Shown: positions 13,501 to 28,500 of the stretch, one piece after another
Layout of the letters: every line of letters starts with the position of its first letter
How positions within the stretch are numbered: the first letter of the stretch is position 1
Source: Podarcis vaucheri
Taxonomy: Eukaryota
DNA: 64,000 bases
NCBI GenBank assembly: GCA_965113315.1
Contig: OZ220363.1
Reading direction: 5' to 3' (one strand)
Position numbers and translations under genes: made by a program
Notes under the pieces: model-generated
Database searches by the model: none
What the model was told of the DNA's origin: nothing
Seen by the model: only the letters and a program-made list of their open reading frames with translations

Positions 13501-16500
13501 ACATTTATTTCTTTGATTTCTTAAATATGTGCTATATGTTGTTGCTATGAACTTTACAGTGGAAGGTGTCAATCTTGCTAGTAAGTAGAACTGTTAGTCC
13601 CTAGGTGAAGCGTCAATCTGATGAAGCAGGAATAATACTGATTCCCTTTGTATAAATAGGGCTATTGCAGGGCTTAAAACCTTTACTGCACTTTTACTGC
13701 ATCAATGGGAACCTCCAACCCTGAAAACCCTGGATACTTACCCTGTATTATTTGATTCCAGCCAGCGTTCGAAACTCCCATTTTTCTAGGCGCATTTTGC
13801 GACATGGAATTTCATTAGCACGAGTAGTTTCTGAGCTCTGGGCGCAGTACTGCACCAAAGATTTCAGATTAAAACTGCGGAGTTGAAGGAAAGGAGGACC
13901 TTTTTCTGCCTCCCCACTTCCAGCTACTCTATGAGGACTGGAGATGATACCCTCTTAAGAATATTAGGGTGGGTGGGGAGGGGAAGAACTACACCATGTG
14001 AAAAATGAGCATAATATTTTAGCTGCAGTTCATTCCTTTTCAGCTTTGTATTCTTGCTATTAAAAAAGTGCACCTAGACCAGGGGTCAGCAAACTTTTTC
14101 AGGAGGGAGCCGGTCCACTGTCCCTCGACCTTGTGGGGGGCCAGACCCACCCTCTCCTGAAAGCACCCCACCGCCGCCACTCCACTCACACCGCAGCTGT
14201 CGACACCGCCTTGTCTTCGGCAGTGTCGTCGTCGTCCTGTGAGAGCCAGTGTGGTGTAGTGGTTAAGAGCGGTAGTCACGTAATCTGGGAAACCGGGTTC
14301 ATGTCTCCGCTCCTCCACATGCAGCTGCTGGGTGACCTTGGGCCAGTCACACTTCTGTGAAGTCTCTCAGCCCCACTCACCTCACAGAGTGTTTGTTGTG
14401 GGGGAGGAAGGGAAAGGAGAATGTTAGCCGCTTTGAGACTCCTGAAGGGGAGTGAAAGGCGGGATATCAAATCCAAACTCTTCTTCTTCTTCTTCTGTGC
14501 CTCGGCTAGGGGTCCGTGGGGCACAGAGCCCAGGCCGCTGGCCTTGGCGGCGAAGGCAGCCTACCTGCCATTGCCTTTTCCTCCCGCTCAGCTCTTGGCC
14601 ATACACAGCCATCTCAGCGGGAAGGAAGGGGCATCGCCCAGAGGTGTCCACGGCTTTGGATTGGCTGCTGGAGCTTCCTGGGGCCAATCCGAAGCTGCGC
14701 CAGCGTCGCCAACCACCCAGAGGCGTCCGCAGCTTCGGATTGACTACAGGAGCTTCCTGCAGCCAATCTGAAGCCGTGCCAGTGTCGCGGAAGTCAGTCC
14801 CCATGTGACGAGGTCTCCGCTCTGTGCTAGTTAGCGCGGGGGCTGACTTGCAGCAGGGTCCGCAAGGTTCGTGGGCCAGATTAACGAGCCCGGTGGGCCG
14901 CATCCGTCCCCCGGGCCTTAGTTTGCCGAACCCTGACCTAGACATTCCATTGTTGCACCCATAACCTAGGTTTAAGGTGCCATTTAGCTCCTAGCTTTCA
15001 TTTCTCAGTTTCTAACACCGATTCCAGACCATTGGGCACAGGAAACTGCTTGCAGGCTCAACAGATCAACTGACTCTGCATGCCCCCTAAGCCTTTGCCT
15101 GCAATGTTGATTTTAAATCACGTGGGCATAGGAAAACATTTCACCTGACAGAATGGTGACTTCAGATGATTGCTGTGAAATGGCCCACAGGGTTTGGGGG
15201 AGGTAACAATTTAGCCTGCTGGCATCAAAAGGTTCACCACAATTGTATTGCTGAGTCTAGTTGTCTTCAGGGTTCCTAACTGAAAGAGTCCCTGCTAAGG
15301 AATATATATATATATATATTAATGAAACGTTTCCTCTTTCTAAGAGGAAAACTTGCTTGTAGCTGCTCCAACAGAAAGTGCAATGGTCATCTTAAAAGTC
15401 AATCTAAATCTGACCAGGGCAGATCCTTAACTGGAGTTAAGTGATAGGACCACTGGGATATGCATCTCCCAACATCCTGTAATAAAGATCTCCTGATATC
15501 CTTACTCATGGTATGCACAGAAGTTGCATACATGAGAAGAACTCATATATTTTGTATCCTCAGTGAAGTAATAAATAAGTAGGGATGTAGTATTAGACAG
15601 CTGTTAGACAACTGTTAAACAACCTGTAAAAGGTGCACAGTACAAGCAAAATTCAATATGTTCTTTAATACGATCCACTTTGAATTGCCATCTGTTTGCT
15701 AATTCAGCAAGGTATGCCTTCTGTTGTAAAACTCAGGTATGGTCTTGACTGTTGTGTACTAACAAAGAACTTAACAAACAACTTATAAAAGGGCATTTTA
15801 TTGAACCAGCTGCGCTACTGAAAAGGGTGTGCAAGCTTTGGAGTCTGAATTCTGTGTTTCCATTCAATTTATAGAGAGTCAGATTACTTAAGACATTGAA
15901 TGCAAGCTTATAAAAGAGCACTGACTAATTTTGTTAGGGAGGGAATGGGGAGATAAAAGTTCTGTTGCTGGAATATCCTTTTTTAGGTAACTTTGTTTTG
16001 TTTTGTTTTGTTTACAGATTTTGATACTTTTGTTGGGGACACACCAAGGTTAGACACCAGTGCACATAAAGCAAAAGCCCAGCTTGCCTTGAAAGTGAAA
16101 CGTCAGCCACCTTCTCGGTCAAAGCTGAAAGCATCTCTTGGGGCTGGACAGAAGGAAATAAACTTGCTGGTACAGTATTCACTTTACTGATTCCCCTCCA
16201 GTTATAATTTAACTTTGTTTAAATGCACTCACTGATGAGATTAATTTTGTCATTTACCCAACACTCCTCTGTACCACCTTTCCACTCTTAATAAGATGTC
16301 CTGCTGTGAGCTGGGTTTTTGCTGCACATTTCAGTAAATCTCTCTTCCTGCTGCCACCACAACAAATTTATCTGAAAACTCCACCCCTAACTTAGCCAAG
16401 TATGAGGCATGTCGTTTAATACAAATAATATATTAAATAAAAAAGTAATGAACAGTAGTTGTATGATTACTTGAAGTACATAAGCATTTGGTACCTTGGA

Positions 16501-19500
16501 CTTAGGCAATTATTAAAACTTTAAATTTAAAAACTTTTATTTCTTAATACATTTTTAGGATGTGGATGATAATGGTGATAATACAGAGGAAATAATCCAG
16601 AGCAGATCTTCAGAAGTGACAGAGAAGATCATTTCATCACAGCAGAGTGATGTAGATCAACGAGATGAGAAGCATGAGCATGCTGAAAGCACTGACAGTT
16701 TATTAGAATCAAGTCCATCAACTTCCTTGCACTCTTCTCCAGTATATAAACCAAACACAGAAAATAGTCCTGAAACAACTCAGCCAGCTTCTAATGATGA
16801 TACAACTCCAAATTCTCCTTTAGGATGCAGCAGAAATGTCAAGCATAGAGACTCCAAAGGCAAAGGAAGAGTGAATAAAGGTAATTTAAAATTCCTAGTG
16901 TTTAAAAAATTTAAGTCCTGAAAAACTGTCGATACACACAGAGTGGTTCTTGCCTCCTGCTATTAAAAGTTAAACAATTGCTGTTTCCCCATTCTTGTAC
17001 ATTATGCCTCTAATGTAAGCAACACTGTAAATTTAATATTTAATCTTCTATTTAAATGTAAGAAATTGCACAATCTGTATGCTTCAGTCATTTGATGTCA
17101 CCTTGCAAAAGCAAAGAGAACAATATATTGTAAAATGTTTGTCAGCACAATACAGTTTCTGTTGTGCTTATCTATAGAAGAGGCTTTGCTTTCTTTTAAG
17201 TTAGGAAGTATATCAGTGTTAGCCTTCTTATGTCATTATTTTATTTTACACAGATGACAAACGAAGTGAAGAAAAGACTGAATCTAGTGAAGGTGCCTCT
17301 GCGGGCAAGTCCAAAAGGCGTTTCCCAGATTTTGGGTACGACGTGCATGTTTTTAAATGATAGAATGTTTGTTAAAAGTTCCTGTAACTGAACTGCAGTT
17401 TTTTCATGTGTCAAAAACTAATTTGATGCTAATCTGCATAACTGGCGGCTGGGAATAATTGTGTGCATGATTGTATCAAAATTGAAAATGACACTGGTTT
17501 GAAGAATACGCGTAAGTGGAAAGAACCGTGCTTCAAACTTCTTTCTTCCTCTGGCATCTCAAAGCTTTAATAATTTGCTTCATGCCGTAAGGGTCCTTCA
17601 GTGCTTGAGTGACTGATCTTTGGGAATGGCTTTGCCTCAGTCTGCAATCTTTAAACACACTTTAATAAGAAATAAATTTAATTTGGGATAGGCACCTTTA
17701 GGATCAGACTATACACATTCAAATAAATAAAGAACATTGTTCTGTTGCATCATGACAAAATATAATGGTTATATCTTTTATGGTAGGGCTTTTATGTTTA
17801 AAATTTGAGACAATAAATCTAGCTAAATTGCAGTTGGTTCTGTATGAGACCAGCAAGTTACTTTTAAAGTGGAATGCTTTTATTGTTGTTTAACTTTGTG
17901 AATCTTTAGAGAAGGATGCTCAGGTTCCCCTCTGTCAGAGTTGAGGGTAAAATTACAGTGTATGTCCATAGCTCATAACTGAAATAATTATTCGTTCCTT
18001 TGTGTGCCAGTGTGGTGTAGTGGTTAAGAGTGGTAGACTCCTAATCTGGGGAACCGGGTTCGCGTCTCCGCTCCTCCACATGCAGCTGCTGGGTGACCTT
18101 GGGCCAGTCACACTTCTCTGAAGTCTCTCAGCCCCACTTACCTCACAGAGTGTTTGTTGTGGGGGAGGAAGGAAAAGGAGAATGTGAGCCGCTTTGAGAC
18201 TCCTTAAAGGGAGTGAAAGGCGGGATATCAAATCCAAACTCTTCTTCTTCTTCTTCTTCTTTGTATCCCTCTCCTTCAAAACCTGAGACATGAACTCTGG
18301 CTCATAACAGCAGCCACCATTGTAACACAGAGCAAAGAAGGCACAGATGGGATGGGATGTAAAGTTGTGGGTGTTCAAGACAATTCTTGTTTTGGGGGAG
18401 AGACCATATATATCACAGCTAAGGATTCACCTATGCATCTTGAGTTATATTTACTAGGTTATATGATGATGGGTTGCTTCTTTTTTCCTTCAGTGTATAT
18501 TCTCATAATGGAATATTACAAAATATTTTTTATGATTGATTGCACTGTGGAATACATTTGAAATGTGAACCATATTTCTATTTATAATTGACAATTGGGC
18601 TGATTCAAAGATAGTGGGTCATTTCAGTTTAACTTGATTGCTTGTGGTCAGTTGGGGATTGATCTACTTGTTCTCTCATCTACCCCACTTCCCATTACTA
18701 TACTTGACTAGTGTGAATTGACAATTGTGTGAAACCTGTTGATTTATTTTGCAGTATGCCACAGATATATTGGGACAGATTTGACTTAGCTAATTTGTGC
18801 GTTTTATTAAACTACTTTCTTTAATTTCAGGGGCCTAAGAAAATCTGGTGGTAAAGGAAAGAAGCAAGAAAAAGAAAATGCAAGGAGTTCACTAGACAGC
18901 CGGTACTTAGAGAAGCATTTTATGTTCTTAACTATGCATTCCAATGAATTGTGCAATTTGAACAGTCATCTGAATGAATATACATCATTCTCAATTTTGT
19001 ATCGTGTTCATTGTTAGAATGTTGAACCTCAGTTTCAGTCTTTTTGAAAAAGGAAAGTATTCAAAGGCAATCAGATTTACTTTTAAAGTGTTTCATAGCT
19101 GGTAACATACTAGTGCCCAGTTTGCAAAAAAATAACATAGCAGGAAAGCTACTTCTGAAATACTTTATACATAGTAATTTAGACCTACTAGTCTGAATAA
19201 CATTAAATTGCTTTAAACTGTGTGGTGTATAATGTGTTGTTGTGTACTGATGATGAAAATATGACTGTTATGTCTTATCTATTTCACATGGTATGATTAT
19301 ATGTACAATAGATTGTCAAAGCTCATAGATGAAAAATTACATTCTTTCAGGGGCTCTCGAGAATTGCTGGAGGACTCTGTCAACAACTTATCTGCATCAG
19401 ATTCAGATTCCCCTATCCCAACTTGTATGCCTTTCTCCTGGTTTGGAGACAGCCATAAAGAGCATAGTTCTAGTAGCACTCTGAGCTTTTCTCAGGGTGG

Positions 19501-22500
19501 CCATGATGTTGCATTGGAACAGAGCCAGGAGAAGAACAGAAACAAGGTAAATGGTGTTTATTTGTATATACTTTGCACATTTAGATTTGATTAATGTTGC
19601 TCAAGAGTTAAATGCTGTGACAAGTATCGTAAAAACGAAACATGTGCAAGTTGTTCACCTTAGGAAATAATATGTTATATATGACTAGTGATCCTCTGTG
19701 GCATTCAAAAGTATTTATACTAGTGCTGACTTATTTTCTCTAGCTTTCCCAGTTATGATAAGGCTAGCCTGTTAAGAACAATGGATTGCGATCCAAGCAT
19801 GCCCTCCCATGAACATAAGGGCTTATTCTGATCACAGAAAGAACTCCGAACCAACGGAGGCTTCCACTGGAGGAAATGGTGTAGTGGAAATTCCCTTGTT
19901 AAAGAGTTCATCATCATGTTGCTTTCTGAAAAAACTTAAGGCTTTACATGTACACAGATGAAAATAGAAAATCTGCACATTAAAAGGCAATGGTTATGGC
20001 AAGGCTGTCTGCAGTCACATGAAGCCTTTTTCTACTTTGTCCTTGCCACCCATTAAATGTGCATGTTGTTGCATGCTTGATCCTTTCTATATGGTAATAA
20101 CTTCGACAAAACAAATGTGCTACTCTTCCCATAGTTTTCTTTTCTTTTGTGGATTCCATATTTGTTTCAGTTTGTTAAATTAATCTACATGTGCATTTCA
20201 AGCCATCAGCATTTCATTTTGTATGTTTTGGTCTTGGAAAAGATTTCTAAACCTCGGAAGTGTGTACAATCTATGCCAGCAGAAGTTTAACCAACATAAA
20301 ATACCTTAAGTGTTTTTATGCCTGCTTGTGTCCACATTCAATGCTTGAACAGTTTACTCACATCAACTTGTGAGTTGTCAGATAGGTGAGACAGTGTGAT
20401 TGTGACTTTAGTTCTTCCCATGCAGGGAAGTGACTCAGGTTGCAATCTTATGCACACTTACCTGGGAGTAAGTTCTGTTGAACTCATCATGCTTACTTCT
20501 GACCAGAGGTGGGGAACGTTTTTCATTTCTATGGCCACATTCCCTTGTGAGGAACCTTCTGGATGTCTTATGCTAATGGTGGGTGTGGCCCCAGGGCTGC
20601 ATAGAGAGAGGCCTGCAGGGCTGAATTTAGCTCCTCTGTCTAACATTCCCCATTCCTGATGTATAGGGTTGCACTGCCAGTCATTTAAAACAAAATGCAT
20701 GGTGTCTTTGTCCAGACTTTTCATGCTACAGTTGTAGGTCTGTCTTTAGAACTTTCTGATTCTGTATCTCTAGCCTTTTCAGTTCAACCCAGGGTTGATA
20801 ACTTGCAACTGCAGTGAGCACAGTAGTGCTTAACTACACTTGAATGTATATGGCTTAAAAAGCACCTTTCTGTCCTTGAGTCTACATCTTTTTGTACTGT
20901 TATGAGAGAGTGGTTCATTGTTTTCTGTTTGCATAGATAAGTCTTGCCTGTTATTGCAGACCTCAAAAGCTATGTAAGAATTGTCACCACATGGTACCTA
21001 TGATAAATACCGGTGATACATTCAGTTTTATTAAAGTCAGGTTTGTTGTGCTGTGGTTCTCAGAGTGGGAAATGCATGCTTCTAAAGAAATAGGGCCAGG
21101 TAGGAAGGATTGCACTTCCCTGATCTAATGAAGGAATGAAGGTTAAAGTTTGAAGAAGCATTAAAATATAGGAAGCTATAAAGGCTTTGTGCCTGTTTAC
21201 CTGTGCCCATAATTACTTCCTCCTTCCATAGCTTGTTTCATATACACTACTAAAATAAGGTAACAGCACCTCAATTGATGTGAGCCCTTTGTTCCCCAGG
21301 TAATCTTCTCCTGCCTCCTATTTTGTTGGGCTTTGTTGCCGTTATATTTTTGTGCCTTTGAGTGAAGGAAACTAAATACACCAGCTATAAGGCAGGCACA
21401 GCAGTGGAGCGTATGCCTGCGCTACCTGTGGCGGGTTGCAGAACATGCCCCCGAGGATTGCGGAGGGCACCCTCCAGTGTGCCAGAGTACAAGGTTGGAG
21501 AGAGGTGGGGAGCTCCTGCCTATTCTCCTCCTGCTTTCCGTTGCTACATTAGGCCCGACCTGGCAGGAGTGCTGCTATGGCCAAGAATTGGCTTGAGAGC
21601 TTTGCCGCTCTCTCTCCCCCTGCTGTCTGCCACCGGGTCAAGCCTGACCCACTGGCGGAGGCAGAGCTACTGCAGCCAGGCGCAAGGCACCTTGCCGCCT
21701 AGGAGGGTGGACAGCAGTTTTACTGCTGCTTCTCCTGCTTTCTGCCGGCAGGTCAGACCTGACCCGGTGACAGACCCACTGTGGCCAGGCATGCCACACC
21801 ATGTCATCTCCACCACCATGTCAGAAGTGACCCGCTGGCAGAGCTGTTGCCACCAGGCACGAGGTATGCCGCGGCCAAGGAGGGTGGGCAGCAGCTCTCC
21901 TCCCCGGGTCTGGCCTAACCCAGGGGGCAGAACTGTAACAGGCACCAATGCTACAGCCAAGGCTCAGTTCTTTCTGGCCCACATCCAGGCTCCGATGAAG
22001 GAGCCTGCTGGGGGGGGCACCTTTTTGGGCCCCCTCTCAAAATTGCACCCAGGGCCATTGCACCAATGCCCCCCCATGCTACGCCTCTGGGCAGGCATAG
22101 TTTTTCTCGCTTCTTGTGGGCTTGTTGGGAGTGAGATGGATTTGAATCCAAGGCCTCCTTGATCCATCACAATGTGGCCCTATTCTTTTCCTATCACCAT
22201 TGGCCTCTAGTAGTGGACCATCTACTCCACCTGCAGAGTGGTATATCTTCAGGATCCAGTGGTCCCCCTATCTCTAAGGGGCATAATTACTACTAAAATA
22301 CCTGGTCCTCCCAATTTTCTTGTTCCATCTTTGCCTCCATGAAATCCCATAACCATCACCATACATATGTGTAACAGACAGCTGTCAGGATAGAAATACA
22401 TGTTACTGTCGATTTTGGTGCTTCATTCCAGCCACCCCTCAGCCTGTGTTATTTTGGACTAGCTATTCTCTCCTCCCATATTAGACAGGAAGAGGACTCA

Positions 22501-25500
22501 GCCAATGCCTGTTGGGCTCTTGAATATTATTACTTAATGTATTTATATCCTGCCTTTCTCCCAAATTGTGATTCAGGGCGGTGAGTATCTGAGAGGGTGG
22601 CAGATTAGGGAAGCCAGCTTTAGGGGAGGGGGAGTCAGCAAGGGTGCAGCAGGCAAGTGTCAGTCCTGGGGGGGGCCCCTCAGCATTTGCTTGACCATTG
22701 TGGGTGCTAATGTAGGGCCTGCTTGCTCTAAATAGGGCAGGTGGTGCAAGGACAGTAGCAAAAGGAAAAGTTGTCATGGCAGGAAGCCATACTGCTTCCT
22801 GTTTTCCTTACTCTGCCTGCAACTTGAAAGCAGGGATGGAACATTTGGAAGCAGAGTCGTTTGTGCTCCTCAAGACCAGGAGTTGCCCATAGTGCAGGTC
22901 TTGGTTCCAGTCTCTGATAATCAGAAAACTAAGGTCAAAGTGTAATCCCTCCCTAGCCCCCATTAAGGGAATGAATTCACGACTAACCCTATTCATTCCT
23001 GACTAACCCTATGTGCTGAAAATAGCTACCAGAACTCTCTGAATGTTTCTATAGATCAGATGATAAGAGCCCAATACTTGTGTATTGTGAATTGGGAGAG
23101 AGTCATGATGAATGTAGATAAGCTTAGTTCAGAGTTACTGGAAATAAATGATTAGTTATTTTTACTTTTTAAAAAATAAGACACTGTGCCTCCTTGTGAT
23201 TTATTGTTCCAAGGGGGAAGTTAACAACACATTATTTTCACTTGTTTGCAGAGTAGAATTGTCATAGATGATTCATACGATAGCAAGCCAAGTTGTGATC
23301 TGTCAGGGTTAGTGACAGAACCAAATCTTTCAGGGCGTTCACACACTTTAACCTTCTCTTCAAACGAGGTGAGTTTCAGTGTGTCTGTGTATTGTTGATA
23401 TCACAATTCAGACTATATTATGCAATTTAAGTTTGTCTCTAATGAAAAGAGCAGGTTATCATCATTGCACCTTAATATTTTTATAAGCCCACATTGAAAA
23501 ATGTACCTAGGAGACAAAAAGTATTTTTCTTGTTATCAGTTTTGGGTTTGATATATTGTTGACAACATTTACACTGAGCTACTTTGCATGTAACCGAAGC
23601 CAAACCAAGACTGAATGTGCATCTGCTCTGCTCCTGCATTGCAAGAAGAAAACACTTTAATTGCATCCCTAATATTATAAGACAGCCAATTGATTAATAG
23701 TACCATCAGGCAATGCAGATTGCTTTCTATGCTTCTGCTATTTGTGTGAATGGCATGCATTAGTACTTCTAACAGAATACACATCTGTCTTCCTCATTTC
23801 AGTCTTTTGGCTGTAGAGCTTAATTCTTGCTGCGTTATTTTTGAAATATTTTTAGATCATTATAAAGCCAAACATTTTTTGAATTTCCTAAATTGGATCT
23901 TTCAAAACTTTGCAGACTTCAGTGAGGAAGGTTTTGTGGTGCCAGCTAAGTTCAGCCTTCAGAATGGAGTTTCACAGCTCCTCATGTAGCATCTGGGCAT
24001 TTAGCCCTATAGGTACTCTACTCTTATGAATAGTTCTTTCTTGAACAGTTTTGTGTCTATACACTATGTTGACCTTTCACCTCTCTTTCAAATTACTCCG
24101 TAATTCAGTTTAGATGGATACTGTTCCTTGCGACTCTTTTCCAGTTGTCTTGAGGATTTTGCACACTCAGCACAATAGGGCCGGATTTTATTCTTCATTT
24201 TCTCTCTCTGCATCAACGGGGCTTTCAGAAACTGACCTTTACTTGATTTCTAGAAATGGAATTTGCATATCTCTACAAGGAAGGATGGAGATAGTTTCCT
24301 TTCAGTAATACAAGTTAATGTTTTTGAGTAAATATTGGATACTTGCTTGTGCTAAACATTTTAATGTAACAAAAGGAGTAGTCTATTTGTATTTTTAAAA
24401 AATATCGTATTTTTTGTCCCATAGGACGCACCTAGTTTTTTTTGGGGGGAAATAAAGGAATCCCCCCCCACTTTATTTCCCCCCCAAAACCAGGTCGGGG
24501 AAACCAAACCAGGTCGAGGAACAGCGGGATGGCGGCACTGTGCCTCCCTGCTGTCCCCCGAGCTTGTGGGGCTGGCCGATGTCTGCCCGGCACGCAGGTG
24601 CCCTGAAGCAGAGCGCCCCGCACGCCGGACAGCAGGCTGCTATCCGCAGCCTAGGGAGCCCTGCGGGAACTCCCACAGGGCTCCCCAGGCTGCGGATATC
24701 TGCCCGGCGTGCGGGGCGCTCTGCTTCAGGGCGCCTGCGCGCTGGGCAGCAGGCTGCTATCCGCAGCCTAGGTAGCCCTGCAGGAACTCCCGCGGGCTCC
24801 CCAGGCTTGCTGATAGCTTCCTGAAGCCTGGAGAGGAAGAGGGGTCGGTGCGCACCGACCCCTCTCGCTCTCCAAGCTTCAGCGAAAGCCTGTATTCGCC
24901 CCATACGACGCACACAGATTTCCCCTTCATTTTTGGAGGGGAAAAAGTGCGTCCTATAGGGCAAAAAATACGGTATGTCTACAAGAGTAGCTGACAAGCC
25001 TGGCATTGTGAAACAGGCTCGGAAGAAGTATTCTGTGTTCACGGACATCACTTGTTAATTCCTTGTTTTTATATTATAACTTGAAAAGTTATTTTGCTTT
25101 TAAATTTGAACAAGTGGCTCTTGCATTCGTGATCCCTGCTGTTTTCAGGTGGTCCTTGCATCTATATTGAAAGTAAAAGAAATGCTGAAGAGCCCAGGTG
25201 GGGAGGCTGTGTGAAGTTTGCATGCTGTAGCAAAGAGTAGTTCCCTTTCCAGTTAAATTTCTCAAATTTAACTGAAAAAGTGCCTTGGCTCTTCAGCACT
25301 GTAAGGTGCTATGATGGAAACTTGTAAGAAACCTGTTTGCCCCCATATGCATGCATAGTTTGATCTAGAGCAGGGGTCTGCAACCTTTAAGACAAAAAGA
25401 GCCACTTGGACCCGTTTCCGAAGAAAAAACAACAACTGGGAGCCGCAAAACCATTGCGACATTTAAAACAAATATAACACTGTGAACGGCTTACTGTGCT

Positions 25501-28500
25501 TGACTATTTCCTGAGCGGCTACAAAACTAGCATATGTTGTGGAATTTGCAGACTTCACCCAATTCTTGAAATTATTTTTGCTCCTATCAACCTTCCTCAT
25601 AAGTTCTGCAATGGCTTTTCGTCTCTCATCTCCATCTGGATATTTTTCAGCAAAGGCTGTGTGTTTATTGTGGAAATGTCTTGCAATATTTGACTTTTTG
25701 TTGTTTGCAAATTTCTCACCATATATTAAGCATACTGGTAAACCAGTCTTGTCAGTAGAGAAGGCAAATGATTCTGTCCATGTATCATTAAACATTCTGT
25801 TTTCTTCAGAAATTTTTCTTTTCTTGCCTTTATCCATGGCTGGCCTATCGGGGGTCCAAAAGAGGGACGTAACTAGAAATCAGAGGGCCCCATAGCAAAA
25901 TTTGCTATGTCCAATAATCAATGCCCCAAAATGCCATAGAAAATTAATCAGGGCCCCAGTGTACCATAAATCATAATCAGTGCCTGATGTAAATAATAAT
26001 TAATAATGAGGGCCCAATGTCATCCTCGTCATTTTAAAATAACTTTTTTTGACACTTTTTTATTATTTTTTTGTTTGACCCCTCAGAATTACTCCTCCTC
26101 ATAGAAATAAACGTTAAATTAACAAGTTACCTTTTTTTGAGTGTGTGTTCTTCACTCCCCTTCAAAACAGTGACCAGCTTACATGCCCCCTTTTCAATGC
26201 AGCCTGCTTACAGCCCTCAACCAAAATGGCCGCTCCCGCGACTCCCACGTGCGCCCACAAAGATGGCGCCGACGATTTTCCCTTATCGGTGCCCTTTAAA
26301 GAAATGGCCGCCGCAGCTTCAACCCACGCCTAGAGGAGGCTAGAGAGGGAGAAAAGCGGGGGGGAGGAAAGCAGCGAGGACGGCAGAGAAGGACTGCCGG
26401 GAGTGGAATCCCACACACCGCGAGGGGAAGGAAGGGAGAGGGTGCGAGCTGGAACGGGGCAAAGAGGGCGGTCCCCGGTCGTGCCTGGCCTTAAATGGGC
26501 TAGGCCACGCCTCCCCGGCCCCGCCGATTGGCGGGCAGGGTTGCAGGGACGCCCGGGGATTCCCCTGTTCTCGCGGGGGCAAAAGGCCAGCCCCCGCGAG
26601 TGGAGTGTGGGAGGGGTTAGCTCGCAACCCCGTCTCCTCTCTAGCTCGGAAATGGCTTTGCGGAAAATGCGCCTCCTCCCCTCGCCTCCGCCCCGGAGCC
26701 GCGGCAAAGGCGTTAAAGAGCCGCATGCGGCTCCGGAGCCGCAGGTTGCCGACCCCTGATCTAGAGCAATGCAGCAGTTAGTTCATAAACCATTGCTATC
26801 ATCTAAAGAAATAAGCAGTAAGCCAATAAAAAAATGAGCTGCAAGTACAATAACAAAAGTAGGGATCACATACTACATTTTTACAAGCATATAGAAAGCA
26901 ACCTTGAGTTAGTGGTGCAAATGCCATTGCGGAATTTTAACAAAAAAACTGTATTATCAGTACTTCATTTTTTTAAAGTTCAATGAAGATGCATAATCAG
27001 CATGGTTAGTCTTTATGTATTGTGATCCTTTTCTTTTCGGCACAGGATAAAATAAAGAGTTTTTAGTATTTGTCTTGAGTAAGAAAGAAAAACTTCCTCT
27101 TCAACCAAACACTGTATGATAGCTTTAGAAAAATTGAAAAATAGTTTTTGTTTCTAGCCTTGGTAGGTCAGAAGTATGTCCTTTGTCCCCTTAGCTACAG
27201 ACTCCTAATAAAAGTTGGGGAACCAAAGAAACCGTGGCACTCTTGTACAAAATGAATATACAGTAATACATAATAGTTTTGTATTTTTCCGCTAATGACA
27301 CATCCAGACCGAGGTGGTATTTTAAGTGATAAGTTGTAAAAACTGACTCACTATCTCCATAAAATGAATTCAGCAATAGAGACCTACCCAATAGATAAAA
27401 AGAGTGTTTTGTTCCCTTCTCTCTAACATGAAGTGTTCACTCTGATGTGGACTTTCACCAGCAGTTCATTTGCTTTGGCCTAATTTCCATTTCAAGGGCA
27501 TTTGTGATGTATGTATGGAAACAGTATAATATAGGTGGACTTTATGTGGCACAAACATAGAGAGTGGTATGCCATCAAGTTTTACTTATGAGTAGACCCA
27601 TTGAAATAAATGAACATGACTAAGTGAGGGCCATTAATTTATGTAGATCTACTCTGAGTAAAACCTACCACCTAGAGTGCTGCACCTAGAAGACCAGAAA
27701 CTCTATGATCCTTTGCAATAATTTAAAACTCTCTTTTGGACATTCGGTCAGTGATACCATAAAACGAGTGAATTTGAGAATACCTGTAAGTTATCGAGCA
27801 GGGTCTGAAAATCCTATATCTCACGCACCTGGAAATTTACACTTGGTTCAGCGAGTCCACTTTTTCATAAAGGTATTTACAATGAGCGTTCTTTAAATTA
27901 CTGTGCATTGATATATGTATTCAGACACTTTGCACTATGGGAATTAAATAATAAAACAAACTGAAATATTGGAGGGGAGACCAGCTATGCACTCAACAAT
28001 TCAAAGTCTTGAATGTTTATATTTTATATATATATATCAGAAATGCAGTAAGTTAAATTGCTATGTACCTAAGTAAAAGCTGATTTGCTTTGTTAGACTT
28101 CCGATGATGAACCATCAACTACAGGGAAACAAAACCAGTGGCACAGTCGGCCCATTTCTGAATGGACAACACAACAGGTGTGCCATTGGCTAATGGGAAT
28201 GAATATGGAGCAGTACATTGCAGAATTCACAGCCAAATGTATAGATGGACAGCAGTTAATGCTGCTTGACAGTGACAAGTTGAAGGTAAGCTTGTATACC
28301 TGCTGCCTTATGCCAAGCCAAAACTATGCACTGAAAATCTGAACACACTTAATAATATAAGTACAAAAAGGTAAAGGACCCCCGACGGTTAAGTACAGTC
28401 GCAGACGACTCTGGGGTTGCGGTGCTCATCTCACTTTACAGGCCGAGGGAGCTGGCATTTGTCCGCAGACAGTTTTTCCGGGTCATGTGGCCAGCATAAC

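Noticed and set aside
21362-22162. 266-aa ORF as a novel nested gene
   Set aside because: GTG start, low-complexity product, and it coincides with a TSD-flanked degenerate hAT-like repeat.
23916-23989. Possible extra neurabin exon after TTTGCAG
   Set aside because: No family similarity and no good donor; exons 23252-23368 and 28097-28285 already join in frame.
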